Below, in pieces: positions 41,765-56,075 of a DNA stretch of 64,000 nt. Origin of the DNA: the human T2T-CHM13v2.0 reference genome, Homo sapiens. The number at the start of each line of letters is the position of its first letter. Within the stretch, counting starts at the first letter, position 1. A model generated the notes under the pieces. That model searched no databases, was not told the DNA's origin, and saw only the letters and a program-made list of their open reading frames with translations. A program made the translations under genes and the position numbers. The stretch is from the NCBI RefSeq assembly GCF_009914755.1, contig NC_060927.1; one strand, written 5' to 3'.

Positions 41765-43583
41765 CGGTTGACTTCAAGTAAAGGAGGTTACCCCAGATAA
41801 TCAGTGTGGGCCTGCTTTGATCAGTTGAAAGTCCTTAAGAGCAGAACTGAGGCTTCTCTGAAGAAGAACTTCTGCCTGTGGACAGCAGCTTCAGTTCATG
41901 CCCAAGTCCAGCCTCCCCTTCCTGACAGCCCTCCAGTCTCCACAATCATGTAGGCCAATTCTTTGCAATAAATCCCTTAATATGTATCTCCTACTGGCTC
42001 TTTTTGTTCGAACCCTGGCTGATACAGACTTTGGTACTAGAAGTCACTCTAGAGGATCGCGATCTTAAGGAAGAGTTTTCCAAATCAGTTCAAGGTCTTC
42101 TGGAATTGGTTCTCTAATCTGATTAGATTTTAAAACACTAATGACTCTGTTTTCAGTGGCAAAGAACAGCCATCTCCAACATTTTGGGCATCATGGACCC
42201 GTCTCATGGAAGACGATTTTTCCACAGATGGTTGGGTTGGGGGATGGTTTAGGGATATAACTGTTCCACCTCAGATAATCAGACATTAGATTCTCATAAG
42301 GAACACGCGACCTAGATCCCTTGCATGTGCAGTTCACAATAAGATTCACACTGTGAGAATCTAATGCTGCTGCTGATTTGACAGGAGGTGGAGATCAGGT
42401 GGTAATGCTCACTCGCCTGCCCCTCATCTCCTGCTGTATGGCCCGGTTCCTAAGAGGCCACGGACCAGTACCGATCCGCAGCCCAGGGGTTGGGGACCCC
42501 TGGCAAAGAGGACACTGGTAGTACATGGCATGCCATAGCAATAGAGATATGCCAAATATTGCCATTGGTAAGGAAAGGAAGAACATGCCTGAAATACAAG
42601 AGCTCTATTAGGGCTTCTCTTAGTACTACCATGTCCTGTCAACCCAATTCAGGCAGAGCTATTAATGGCCTACACCCTTCAAAAATGAAAGTTTGGGTCA
42701 CTCTACGAGGTAAAAAAGCATGACCAGCTGAGGTGCTTGCTGAGGGCAGAGGGACTATGGAATGGTTAGTGGAAGAAGGTGGTTATAAATGCCAGCTACG
42801 ACCATGTGCAGTTGCAGAAATGAGGACTGTAATAGCTATAAATATTTCTGCCTTATTTTGTTATGTACATGTTGGTATATATCTGTTAAGCAAATATGTT
42901 TGTTTTCTTACCTTTCTTATGCCCTTATCATATGACATAAGGTGTATGAATAATAGTTAACTTTACATCACAGTATTTACAGGCTACCAAAGGGAAGGGT
43001 GAACATCACCCAAGGACTTTGCACACTGCTCTGGGAAAAGGGTTAATGTGTTTTCAGTTGTACTCAGGGTGTTTGTATCATGTTAGATGGAAGTGTGACT
43101 TAGCTATCTTGTTTATTTGGATAATTATGTATGGTTTAAGGAGATGATCTGGGTGCCAATTTGACAAAGGGTGGACTGTGATGGTCAGTTTTATCTGACA
43201 GCTTGGCTGGGCTTTCATCCCCAGTTATTCAATTAAATACTAATCTAGGTGTAGCTGTGATGGTATTTTGTAGATGTGATTAACATTCATAATCAGTTGT
43301 CTTAAAATAGATTATTTTTGGTTATCTGGGCGGGCCTAATTCAATTGAAAGATCTTACAAGCAGAACTGCAGTTTCCCTGAATTCCTGTGAAATTTCCCT
43401 GAAATTTTGCCTGTGGACTGCAGCTTCATGTTGTGCCCAAGAGGTTCAGACTGCCTGTACTGACAGCCCAGTTTCAGAGTGCCCAGCCAGATTCCACAGT
43501 AGTGTAGGCCCATTCCTTGCAATAAATCCTTTAGTATGTATCTCTTACTGGTTCTGTTTCAGTGGTTGCACCCTGGCCAATAC
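41765..43583 (+). mobile_element. ERVL provirus remnant with MLT2-type LTRs, internally deleted
   Basis: Two related LTR segments (~41765-42027 and 43177-43583 share CTGCCTGTGGAC.GCAGCTTCA...TGCAATAAATCC..TATGTATCTC); TTTGGTAC leader; PPT-like AAAGGGTGGAC before 3' LTR. Confidence 0.78.
42168..42502. mobile_element. MER1-type hAT MITE inserted in the ERVL interior
   Basis: Ends GGGGTTGGGGACCCCTG; flanked by 8-bp TSD-like GCAAAGAA/GCAAAGAG. Confidence 0.82.
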
Positions 43584-44877
43584 CCTCCTATTTTCTAGAA
43601 GAGATTGTATAGAATTGATGTTAATTCTTCTTTGAACGTTTGGAGATTTCTTTTTTGACAGTTTTTTAAAATTACAAATTTAACTTCCTTAATATTGGAG
43701 CACTATTGAAATGATCTATTTCATATTGGGTGAGTTGTGGTAGTTTTTGTATTTCGAGAAGTTGTTTCATTTCATCTAAGTTGTCTAATTTATGTGTATA
43801 GAGTTGTTCATATTATTCCCTTATTATTGTTTTGATGTGGGTAGGGTCTGTAGGAATATCCTCTGTTTCCTTCTTGATGTTGGTAATTTGTGGCTTTTCT
43901 TTTTTTCTCTATCAGCTTTGCTAGAGGGTTAGAAATTTCATTTATTTTGTATGAAGAATCAGTTTTTTGTTTCATTGATTTTCTCTGTTTCTAGTTTCAT
44001 CAATTTCTGCTCTTTATAGTTTCCTTTTTTCTGTTTGCTTTGGATTTGTCTTGCTTTTCTTTTTTAGGTTCTTGATATGAGAGCTTAGATGATTGATTTG
44101 AGACTTTTCCTCTTTTCTGACATTTGCACTTAGTGCTGTAAATTTCCTTCTCAGCACTGTGTTAGCTGTTTCCCATAAATTTTGGTATGTTGTATATTTT
44201 CATTCAATTCAATGGATTTTTTGTTTCCTTGAAGACTTTGCCTTTGATTATTTCGAAGTATGTCTTTTTGTTTTCCACAGGTTTGGAAATTTTCATTTTT
44301 TTTTTTTTGTTATTGATTTCTAGTTTGATTCTATTGTATTCAAAAAAATACTGTGTCTGATTTCAATTCTTTTAAACTCAGTGACATTTTTCATGGCCTA
44401 GGATATGGTCTATCTTGATATGTGTCTTGTGGGCACCTAAAAATAATACGTACTCAGCTGTTAGTGGTGGAGTGGTCTATAAATGCCAATTAGATCCTGT
44501 CAGTTGGTCGTGTTGTTGAGTTTTCTATATCCTTGATGATTTTCCATACAGTTGGTCTATCAGTTGTTGAAAGAGCAGTGCAAAGTCTTCGACTATAATT
44601 GTGGATTTGTCTATTTCTCCTTTCAGTTCTATCAGTTTTTGCTTTACGTATTTTGCAACCCTTGTTTGGTGTAGACACATTTAGGATTGCTATGACTTCT
44701 TGATGGGTTATCTTTTTTATCATTATGTAATGTCCCTCTCGTCTCTGACTTCCTCTCCTCTGAAGTCTACCTTACCATTTATTAATATAGACATTCCTCC
44801 TTTCATTTAAGTAATGTTTGTATGATATATCTTTTTCCATCCTTTTACTTTCAACCAGTCTATATTATCATATTTGA

Positions 44878-45208
<331 letters not shown>

Positions 45209-45384
45209 GAGTTGGTCATGTTTTTTAATCCACTGTGCCAATCTCTGTCTGTTAATTGGTGTAGCTGGCCCATTTATATTTAATATAAATATTGATATTA
45301 TAAAGCTAGGTCTGTCATTTTTAAATGGTCTGTTTATTCTCTGTTTTTAATTTCTTTTTAATTCTTTTTTAATTATTATGTTAA

Positions 45385-45518
45385 TGAGATGGGGTTTTAC
45401 TCTGTCACCCAGGCTGGAGCACAGTGGTGCAATCATAGCTCACTGCAGCATTGAGCTCCTGGGCTCAAGTGATCCTCCCACCTCAGCCTCCTGAGTAGCT
45501 AGGACTATAAGCACCCAG
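45385..45518 (-). mobile_element. AluJ/FLAM-like monomer fragment
   Basis: CTCTGTCACCCAGGCTGGAG...ATCATAGCTCACTGCAGC...GGGCTCAAGTGATCCTCCC. Confidence 0.85.
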
Positions 45519-45597
45519 ATTCTGTTTTAAATTTCTTTGTTTACTTTCTTCTGCCTTCCTGTGGGTTACACTAGCATTTTTAAAATTCTATTTTGGA

Positions 45598-45890
<293 letters not shown>

Positions 45891-47444
45891 AGTAATTTTG
45901 TTTTGATTTATCAATAGTGTATTTGAGTGTATCTTTTCATATAGACTTTTGATGGTTTCTCTAAGTACTAAATTATGTATACATAACTTATCAGCCTACT
46001 GATGTAATTATTTTACCAGTTTAAGTGAAGTATAGAAACCTTAGCTCCCTTTCTGTCCCTTTACCTGCACCTGTTAATAGCTGTCTTAAATTTTTCTTCT
46101 ACATACATGTGGAACCACAGCAGCCGGTGTTGTAATATTTGCTCCATCCATCAAACATGATTTAGGGAAGCTTATCTGGGGGAAAGGGAAAGCCTGTTTG
46201 GTTTACCCATTTTTTTTTTGTTATATTCTTTCTTTTTTCCTGATGTTCCAAAGGTCCTCCTTTTATAGCTTTCTTTCTGTTCTTTTTATTATGGCTATTT
46301 TGAGATCCTTTTCAGATGATTCTAATATCTCCATCACCTTCATCGATTAGTTGTCTTTTATTCATTCCATTTGAGATCTTCCTGATTCTTGATATGTCAA
46401 GTGAATTTTTATTAAAACCTGGAAATTTTTGTATTTCGATGAGACTCGGGGCCTTATGGAAGCCTTCTCTGTAGCTAGCTTTCTCTGAACTGTTCTCACT
46501 GGGGCATGTGTGTGGCACTCCTCGTGGCTGACATGTGAAAGTAGAAGTCCAGGTTTCCCACTCAGCCTCCGCTGACACCAAGGTGTGGGGGTTCTTATTA
46601 CTGCCAAGTTGGGGGAGAGAGTTCCTGCTCCCCAGCAGTCTCACTGACAGTTTGATGGAGGTGGCCTCATTGCTGCTGGGTGCTGCTGAAAGTCCTGACC
46701 CTCCCAAGACCTCCTTGGACACACTGGAGAGTGGGGAGAGGGAGAGACTCCACATTATTGCTGAGTGGGAGTGAAAATCCAGAGTCTCCATGTGGGTGGA
46801 CTCCATGAGGGTGGGGAAGGATGAGCTGATTGCCAGCCAGCGAGGGTGAGGCCTTCGGCTCTCTACTTGGCCTTCTTGGACACCGCTCCAGCCAGGCTAC
46901 TGGGATCCTTGTTACAGCCTCACAAGTGGGGGCGTCTAGGCTCCCACTCACCATTTGCTTTGTATGATTTGTGTGGTGTTTAGCTGGAGTAGAACAGGTT
47001 GCCTAAAAGTTTTCTCTCTTGCTAAGCTGCCTTTTCCTGGCCATTTGGTGAGAGAGCAGGCTTTTGTTGAGGTTTTCTTTGTGTTTCCAGGTCACCAGCT
47101 TCTTCCGCTCCAAGTCTCTTCCGAGGACAATTTGATTCCTATCTGAGCTTGGGAAGTCTGTGCTCATATTACTCAGGGGAGTCGCAGCAGCACCGGACCT
47201 GCCTCAGAGGATCTCCTGAACTTGGAGAGAGATGATTATGGATTGCAGACAGGAACATAATATGAAAAATGGAAGAAAACCATGTCATTTGTACTTTCAG
47301 TATGTGTTGGGTGTTTGAAAAGTGATTTTTTTCATCACGTGTCCTATCTTTATTACTCCTTTTTTTTTTCTTTTTGTTATTACGATGAAAAGTTCATGGT
47401 CATTGTAGAAAAATGAGAAACCAAGGTTAAGTAAGAAGAAAACT

Positions 47445-47560
47445 TTGGGCAGGAGGATCACTTGAGCCCAGGAGTTCAGGCTGCAGTGAGCTATGATTAC
47501 ACCACTGCACTCCAGCCTGGGCAGCAGAGTGAGACCCCGACTCAAAAAACAAAAAATTTA
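47445..47560 (+). mobile_element. Alu right-arm fragment (AluJ/FRAM-like)
   Basis: GGCAGGAGGATCACTTGAGCCCAGGAGTTCAGGCTGCAGTGAGCTATGAT...GAGACCCCGACTCAAAAA. Confidence 0.85.
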
Positions 47561-48023
47561 CAATAAAGTTGAACTTTACTGGGCATCAAGAAAAAAAAAA
47601 AAAAAGAAGAAGAAGAAAACATTGACCTAAATGAGAGATACTTGGAAGCTGTGTAAGTCGCAGGTGGTACGACCACAAAGCCGGCCTGCCTGTGTCCACC
47701 AATGCAGCCCCTCTGACATTTCTGTTTCCTCCCTCTAAGCCTTCAGGGGCATCTGCCCAGTGCCAGGTCCTATGCTGAGTGCAGGTAGTGGATGTACAAG
47801 TCAGACCTGCAGAGCAGAGCCTCTGCCTGTTGACAAGAAGGAGGGGAGGCTGCCCCAGGCAGAGGGAGTGGCATTGCAGAGACGCAGAGACATGAACAAC
47901 TTGGTGCAGCCCTTTCAGCGTTGCTAGAGCATTGCGGGGAAGGAGGCTGCGGTGCTGGGCTGTGCAGTCCTAAGTTTGCACCTGTTCTGTGGGCCACAGG
48001 AGAGCAGAGTCTGAGATGAGGAC

Positions 48024-48435
48024 AGTATTAGTTTGCTAGAGCTTCCATGACAAAATACACAGACTAGGGGGCTTAAGCAACAGACATTTATTTTCTAACA
48101 ATTCGGGAGGCCGGAAGTCTAAGATCAAGGTGTTGGCAAGTTTGGGTTCTCCCAGGGCCTCTCTCCTCGGCTTGCAGGTGGTCACCTTCTCACTGTGTCT
48201 TCACAGTCTCTCCTCTGAATATGCCTAGCCCTGGGGTCTCTGTGTGTCCAATCTCCTCCTTTTATAAGACCTCCAGTCAGATTGGATGAGGGTCCACCTT
48301 AACAGCCTCATTTTAACTTGACTATCTCTTTAGAGGCCCTATCTCCAGATATGGGCATGCTCTGATATACTGGGGATTAGAACTTCAACATAAAAATTTC
48401 TGGGGTGGAGAAGGAGACGCAGCACAGCCCCTAAC
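48024..48435 (-). mobile_element. MLT1-type MaLR solo LTR
   Basis: GTATTAGTTTGCTAG...GGCTTAAGCAACAGACATTTATTTTCT...AAGATCAAGGTGTTGGCA...GGATTAGAACTTCAACATA. Confidence 0.85.
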
Positions 48436-48974
48436 AGGAAGCGAGCAGAGGAGTGGCTGGATCCTAGCTCTGTTACATAATTGGATTTCTGGCATCATGG
48501 AGGATGGATTGCAGGGAGAGGGGGCTCAGAGACTGTCAGATTTTTAAAGAAAAGGCAAGAGACAGTGGAGATACAAACAAAGGTGGGAGCCATGGGCGTG
48601 GAGAGCAGCAGGTGGGTCAGGGTGGGAGGGACAAGCAGAGAGAGGCGAGAGGGGCATCAGTGAGCCCACGCACAGGTCTTGGAGGCTCCTGGCCCTGGCA
48701 CCCCTCTAGGAGAAGCCCTCTCACTGGGATCAGCCTCCAAGGCTGGCCTCCTTCCTCTTCCCTCTTGATCCCATCTGGTAAACCTGCTTGCTGCTTTCCC
48801 CAAACAGAATGCATCCAAAGAGATCCACAGGAACACACAATGCAATTAAATTTCTGGAAACTAAAGACAGAAAAAAATTGTGAAAGTAGGTCAACTGCAG
48901 TGTAGCTGATTTACAGAGTCAATAATAACTCCACAGGTGTGCGCAGAGCGGCACACTCATTAATGGGCCCCTTT

Positions 48975-49745
48975 TGCCAGGTTTTCTGTATCAGAATTAT
49001 GCTAGTTTCACAAAAGGAATTTGGAAGTTTTCCTTCTTTCTCTGTGCACTGAAATGCTTTAAATAGCATCGGAGTGATCGTTCCCTAAAGATTTGGTTGG
49101 GTTCACTTATAGGCCTGGTGATTTTCCCCCCTTTTCACATCTTTATGAAGGTGGTCCGTTGAGACCATCACCACAATCAAGATGGCAAGCATTTCCATTG
49201 CCCCCAAAGTCGCCTCGTGCCCTCCTGTTTACAACCCACCCCTCCTCCACCCCCGTCCCCAGGCAATCCTTGGCCTACTTTCTGTTTTTATAGATTTGTT
49301 TGCGTCTTCTAGAATTTTATGTAAATGGAATCAAACAGTACTTTCTTTGGCCTTTTTCACTCAGCATAATTATTTAGAGATTCACGCATGTTGTGGGTAT
49401 CCAGAGTTTATTCATTTTTATTGCTGAGTAAAATTCCATTGTATGAATATACCACCATTTGTCTATATATTCACCAGTTGGGGGACATTTGAGTTGTTTC
49501 CAGTTTGAGGCTATTATAAATAAAGCTGCTATAAACATTCTCGTGCAAGTCTTTGTGTAGACATATGTATTTTTTTCTCTCTTGGATAAATACCTAGAAG
49601 TGGAAAGATTGGGCCATATGGTAGGTGTATGTTTAATGTTTTAAGAAACTGCCCATTTTCCAAAGTGGCTGTTCCATTTTACATTCTCACCAGCAGCGTA
49701 CGAGAGCATTCCGGTTGCTCCATATCCTTGCCAGCAGTAGATACA
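48975..49745 (-). mobile_element. L1M fragments (mostly 3' end)
   Basis: TTCACTCAGCATAATTATTTAGAGATTCA...ATACCTAGAAGTGGAA...TTTTACATTCTCACCAGCAG. Confidence 0.8.
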
Positions 49746-51439
49746 GTCTTCTTCTGATTTTTTGAGTGGTTGCAAATTGACAACTTTCTCAAATTCTTCT
49801 CTTTATCTTCGACTAGGTTACCTAACCCACAGATTCTCCAGTGAAGCTCAGGTACCTGTGTGTCATTCCAGGGTGTGAGCTGGGGGAAGACTGAGGGAAG
49901 ACGGGAAGTGAAGCAGGGAAGGAGAGAAAGAAAACACAGGGTGGTGCATGATTGAGCATGTCACAGCTTCAGAGCAAAGCACACCAGGTCACTCAGCCAT
50001 GTAACATCTCCAGAGAGCCAAGACTAGCAGAGGAAGAAAGAGGCATCTCCTGGTGATTTTCCATCATCTGTCTTTCACTGGTCCAAATTGACCCTACGGG
50101 CCTTAACTCCCCTGAAAGTGCTGTGGCCCCTTCAGACAGCTGCTGGGGAAGCCACATGCTACATCTCAGGGCAGAGTGCTTCATCTGGGTCTAGAAACAG
50201 TGAGACAAGCCAGAGCCTCTGCATGACCAGTCAGGTTGGACCAGGGCACCAGAGTTGCTGTGGTTCCACGGAAGGTAAGAGGCCAGGCCTAGGTGCAGAC
50301 GTTGCCCTGTGGGAGGTGGAGCCCGTGGCAATTAGGAGATGAGCTGGTGTGGGGCCTGTGCTCCCCTGAGCAAGTAAGTGAGGCTGGGGGTGTTGGTGGG
50401 GGTGCAACCAGTGGAGCTGAGCAAACCCGGAGAGGTCCATGAGTTGAGTCAAGTACAAGCTTCACGGAGAGTTTGCATCTGTGAGCTCCTCTTATCTCCC
50501 GCACAGTCCTGGAATGTAAACAGGATGTAAAATCTGAAGCCCTGGATTTCTGATGAGGAAAGTCTGGTCTTCTCCAAGTGACCCATCCAGGATCACACAT
50601 CAACCAAGGGTGGCACACATGGGTCTTCAGACTCTGAGCCCAGTGCTCTCTCCACTGTGCTAGGTAGTTTCAAAACATTCTCAGATTTACGTTTCTGGGA
50701 CTATGTTTGGTTTGGGGGCACCTGCTGGAAGACCGAACAGCACATCCCGAATCTTGTTTTCTATTTTCAGCCACCTTGGGGGAGTGGAGCAGCAGCAGAT
50801 CCAGGTAACAAGGCTGCCCAGGGGCCACATGGCAAGGAGATGGGGGATCTTGAGATCTAGTCCTGCTTTGTGTGACTTTGGGCTAATGATTGTTTGCCTT
50901 GAGTCTTGTTCACTCCCCTACTTCTGCCCTCATTCATTCAGCAAACATATGGCAAGAGGGTATGACCTATGTGCCAGATATTGTGCTATAGAGGGAATAT
51001 CAAAATGAGTGAAGTCGTCATGAAATTTCTAATCCTGACCCACGTTACATGGGAAAATCATTAATGTACATCTTATAGGGACATTGGGTGAATTATAATA
51101 AATGAATTAATCCATGTAAAGCACTGATAGCATCTGCACATCACAGATATTCAATAAATGTGATGATGGTGATGATGATGGCAATGATGACAAAGACAGT
51201 GGCCTCCTGGGATGCTGACCTCCTTAGGTCTTTGTCTGTGAGTGGAGTGGGCAGTAACTCACAGGGGTTAATAACGTGTTGTCTGTAGAGTGATAAACAC
51301 CGGGGTTTGAATCTCAACTCTATTAGCAGCTCCTTGAGCAAGCTCCTTTTCTTCTCTGTGCCTCAGCTGCTTTACCTGTAAAACTGAGCTTTGACTTTGT
51401 CTTTTTGAGGAAATGAGATAATACCTGTGAAATTGATTG

Positions 51440-51906
51440 TTTTCAAAAGTGACCCAGTTTTTCACAACCTGCCATATCCATGTCCTTTTGCCTTGCTTCC
51501 TGTCAAGCGGCAGAGTCTCTTTCTTCACTTTCTTCAATATGGATGGCCTTGTAACTCGATGTGGCCAACTAACTATCCCTTCTCACTTTGACTAGGTATC
51601 TCTTCTTATGCTGAGACCTCGCCACTACCATATGAAGAGGCCCAATCTCACCTGAAGGATGAAGACATATTAATCAGTCATCCCCACTGACCCAGCCAAC
51701 AGTCAATCAATCCCCAGAAGCAGGGGCAGCCTGCTGGCCCACAGTTAACCACAGACATGTTAGAGAGGCCAGTCAACACCAGAAGAACTACCCCACCAAA
51801 CCCAACTTGTACTGCCAACCCACAGAATTGTGACCAAAATAAATGGTTGTGATAATAAATCACTATTTTAGGCTGTTAAGTTCCACAGCAACAGCTAACC
51901 AATACA
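51440..51906 (+). mobile_element. Old MLT1-type LTR
   Basis: CAACCCACAGAATTGTGACCAAAATAAATGGTTG...CACAGCAACAGCTAACCAATACA terminus. Confidence 0.65.
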
Positions 51907-53265
51907 GCATATAAAATGCTTGGCCTAATTAATGGAGCCCATGATGAAGATGATAATGATGATGAGGATGACAATATTGCCCATGTTTTGGCCTCTGTTG
52001 GGAATATAAGAAAAGGTTGTATCATGACTTCTGCCCAAAAGGAGTGCATAGCACTACATTATTCAAAGGAAAAGAAAGACAGCAAACAATGACTTCCAAC
52101 AAACTCCCAGTCACTTGCTTGTTCTTCAAAGTCTTGACCAACTATTCTGACCTCAAGCCCTCGCTAAGGAGATTTGACGTTGCATCCACAGTAAAGAGTT
52201 ATTGGAAGGTTCTAAGGCTGGGAATGGTGGGATAAGAGATGCTTTAGAAAGACCCTGCAGCAGGAAGGGTCAGAGGAAGAGCCTGCCTGTGGGAGGTCTC
52301 ATGCGGTGGTCAAGGAGAGCAGGGACACCAACCTTCTGCTCACACCTGCATGGCTCCCCAGGGCTCTAAGAATAAACTCTAGACTCCACAGGGCCTGGTG
52401 TGACTGGCCCTCTACCCTTTTGAACCACTCTTCCCCGTTCTCATTCTGCTCAGCCCATGCTGTTCCTCTTACCTCCTCACACCTCCTCACTGTGCCCTGA
52501 TTCCTCTTCCCTTGGTGCCTTTGCATGTGCTGTTCCATTGCCTCCCCTCCCTTCCTGTGCTCATCCTTCAGATCTCCATAGTTGAGATGTCACTGGACAC
52601 TTCATCTAAGTCTAGTCCCCCTGATATGGTCACTTAAAAACCCTGTGTCCCTCTTTTGTGGCAGTCACCATGGTTTATACTTACGTATGTAATACATGAG
52701 TGATGGTTTCATGGGTATCTGCCCCCGCCAGGCTCTGAGCTCCTCTGGGGAGAGACCGAGTCTGTCCTGCTTGTTGCTGTGCCCAGAGTCTGGCCCAATG
52801 CCTGGTGTGCATCAGGCATAAATGGAATAGTTGTAAAATGAAGACTCCCTTGAGTAAAAACCCTTTGGGGCAGAACACTCGTGCTTATCCAGAATCTCCC
52901 AGTCCTGAAATCATGTGGGAGGAGAGACAGGCCACAATTCTTAGAGCTCTTCCCTCAGGAGACAAATCAGTCTCGTGCTGGAAGTGTGGCCCAAGACTCT
53001 GTCACCAGTTTTATAGCTTAAGGACACATTTAATCAGGCCAATAAATAATCCATCCCACCAGCCCCAGCAGCTGCATGGAAGGTCCTTAAGGAGAGAGAA
53101 ACACCAATGTGGAACATTGAGTTCCCCAGCCCCAAGGACATGAAATTCTCCTGCAGGGTTTTAATCATCTAGTTGGACTGGAAATGCTTTCACAAGCCTT
53201 GCTTTGCAAACAAGTCTGTGATCAGAAGCAAACAAATAGGCTCTGTGTGGACATCTGACATCTAG

Positions 53266-53628
<363 letters not shown>

Positions 53629-54111
53629 TAGACCATATGCTCCAAGAGGGCAAGGACAGAGCTTACTCACCCATTGTTTCCCACTCATAGTGCAGTGCTT
53701 GGCATGGAGCTGGCTCCATAAATGTTTGCTGATTGAGTAAGCAAAAGAGAAACACTGAGCTGTAAGAAGGGATGGAAAGGTCAGCCTCACGCATACACAA
53801 AGATATAGCTGAAAGCATAGTAGAGAAATGGAGTGCGGTCTGGAGCCTCTGGATGGAGCCATTCCTGAAGACTTCACCACCAGTGGAGTTTTCATTCATG
53901 TGCTCCAGGTTATTCCCTTTGTTGGTTAATCCAGGTCCACACAAAGACTGTTATACAAATGTTCTCCTCATTCATAATAAATAGCCCCAAACTGGAAACA
54001 AACTTCATGTCCTTCAACAGGTGGTGAACAAACCAGTTGAGATATATTCATACAACAAATCCATGTAATGGAATACTACTCTGCAACTCAACCATGAAGG
54101 GAACAAATTGC

Positions 54112-54553
54112 TTGTTATGGACAGAATGTTTCTGACCCTCCAGAATGTGTATGCTGAAGCCCTAACCCCAGTATGTCTATATTTGGAGATGAGGCCTCTA
54201 AGGAAGTAATTAAGGTTAACTGAGGTCATAATTAAGGTTAAGTGAAGCTTTAATTCAGTAGGATTGGTGTCCTTATGGAGGAAACACCAGAAAGCACCCT
54301 CCTCCTCCTCTCTCCTCCCCCTCCCTCTCCTCACCCCCTCTCCCTCACTCCATGTACACACTGAGAGGAGGCTGCATGAAGACATAGCAAGAAAGGTGGC
54401 TGTCTGCAAGTCAAGAAAAGAGCCCTCATCAAACCAAATTGGCTGGCACCTTGATCATGGACTTCAGCCTCTGGAACTGTGAGAAAATGAATTTCTGTCA
54501 TCTAAGCCCCCCAGCCAGTGGTGTTTGTTATGACAGCCCAAGCAGACTAAGAC
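54112..54553 (+). mobile_element. MLT1A-like MaLR solo LTR inside an L1ME-like fragment
   Basis: TGTTATGGACAGAATG...GCTGAAGCCCTAACCCC...GGCACCTTGATCATGGACTTCAGCCTCTGGAACTGTGAGAAAAT...AGACTAAGACA. Confidence 0.85.
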
Positions 54554-54651
54554 ACTGCAGATACACACAACAATACACCACGCTGAGCATAATGCGCCCG
54601 AGTCAGAGGCCTGCATCCAGTGTGAGTCCACTTAAATAAGGTCTATGAGCT

Positions 54652-54875
54652 TAAGCTTGTCCAGTCCACCTTATTTTGTTGTTGTTTTTGCTGTTGTTGC
54701 TGCTCTGTTTTGTTTTGTTTTGTTTTGTTTTAGGCTTTTAGCAGTCTGAAGCCATGGATTTTCACCTCTGTCTCTAGTGATAATCGGAAAAGAGGGATGA
54801 GGAAGGGGATTTACTGGCCCAACCAGAAAGAGAAACTAAGAACCCATGACTATATTCTCTCCCTTGGACAGCACT
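54652..54875. mobile_element. Short hAT-type MITE (MER107-like)
   Basis: Terminal inverted motifs CTTGTCCA / TTGGACAG; family name from memory. Confidence 0.5.
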
Positions 54876-54884
54876 GGACAAATC

Positions 54885-55596
54885 TGTAATCACCCAACAG
54901 GTTCTTCTTGCCCACTGCACAGACAAAATCCATTTACTGAGATAATGGTATTGCAGTAAAGACATTTCATTGACAGGAGATCAGTCATGCGGGAGACAGA
55001 GTTATTACTCAAATCAGTCTCCCCAAAGGCTCAGAGGTTAGGGTTTTTCAAGGATAGTTTGGTGTGGAGGGGTCTAAGGAATGGGGAATGTTGATTGGTT
55101 GGGGATGAAATCACAAGAGTATGGAAGACGGTCTTCAGGTGCTGAGTCTGCCTCTGGGTGGGGGCCACAGAATTGGATGAATCACAGGTCTGGGTGGAGT
55201 CAGCCAGTTATGAGAAATGCAAGAGTCTGAAAAGACATCCCAAAAGGTTAATCTTAGGCTCTGCAATAGTGATGTTATCTACAGGAGTAAGAGGGGACGT
55301 TCCAAATCTTGTGACCTCTGGGACAATGGCTGGTTACATTTAACTACACGTACATCTTAGCAGAATTCAGGCCCCCCTCACAGCCCTAACCTTGTGGTCT
55401 TTCATTAGTTTTACAAAGGCAATTTAATTTTGGGATAGGTTATCATCATCCTTGCTATAGGTCAAACTATAAATTCCTCCCAAGGTTAGCTTGGTCCACA
55501 CCATAATTGACCAAGGACAGCTTGGAGGTTAGAAGCAAGATGGAGTCAATTATGTCAGATTTCTCTTACTGTCAGAATGTTGCAAAAGGAGTTTTA
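54885..55596 (-). mobile_element. ERV1 solo LTR (LTR8-like)
   Basis: TGTAATCACCCAACAGGTTCTTCTTGCCC...TTATTACTCAAATCAGTCTCCCC...GTCAGATTTCTCTTACTGTCA..TTGCAAAAGG. Confidence 0.75.
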
Positions 55597-55612
55597 GAAC
55601 ATGGTGAAAACA

Positions 55613-56075
<463 letters not shown>

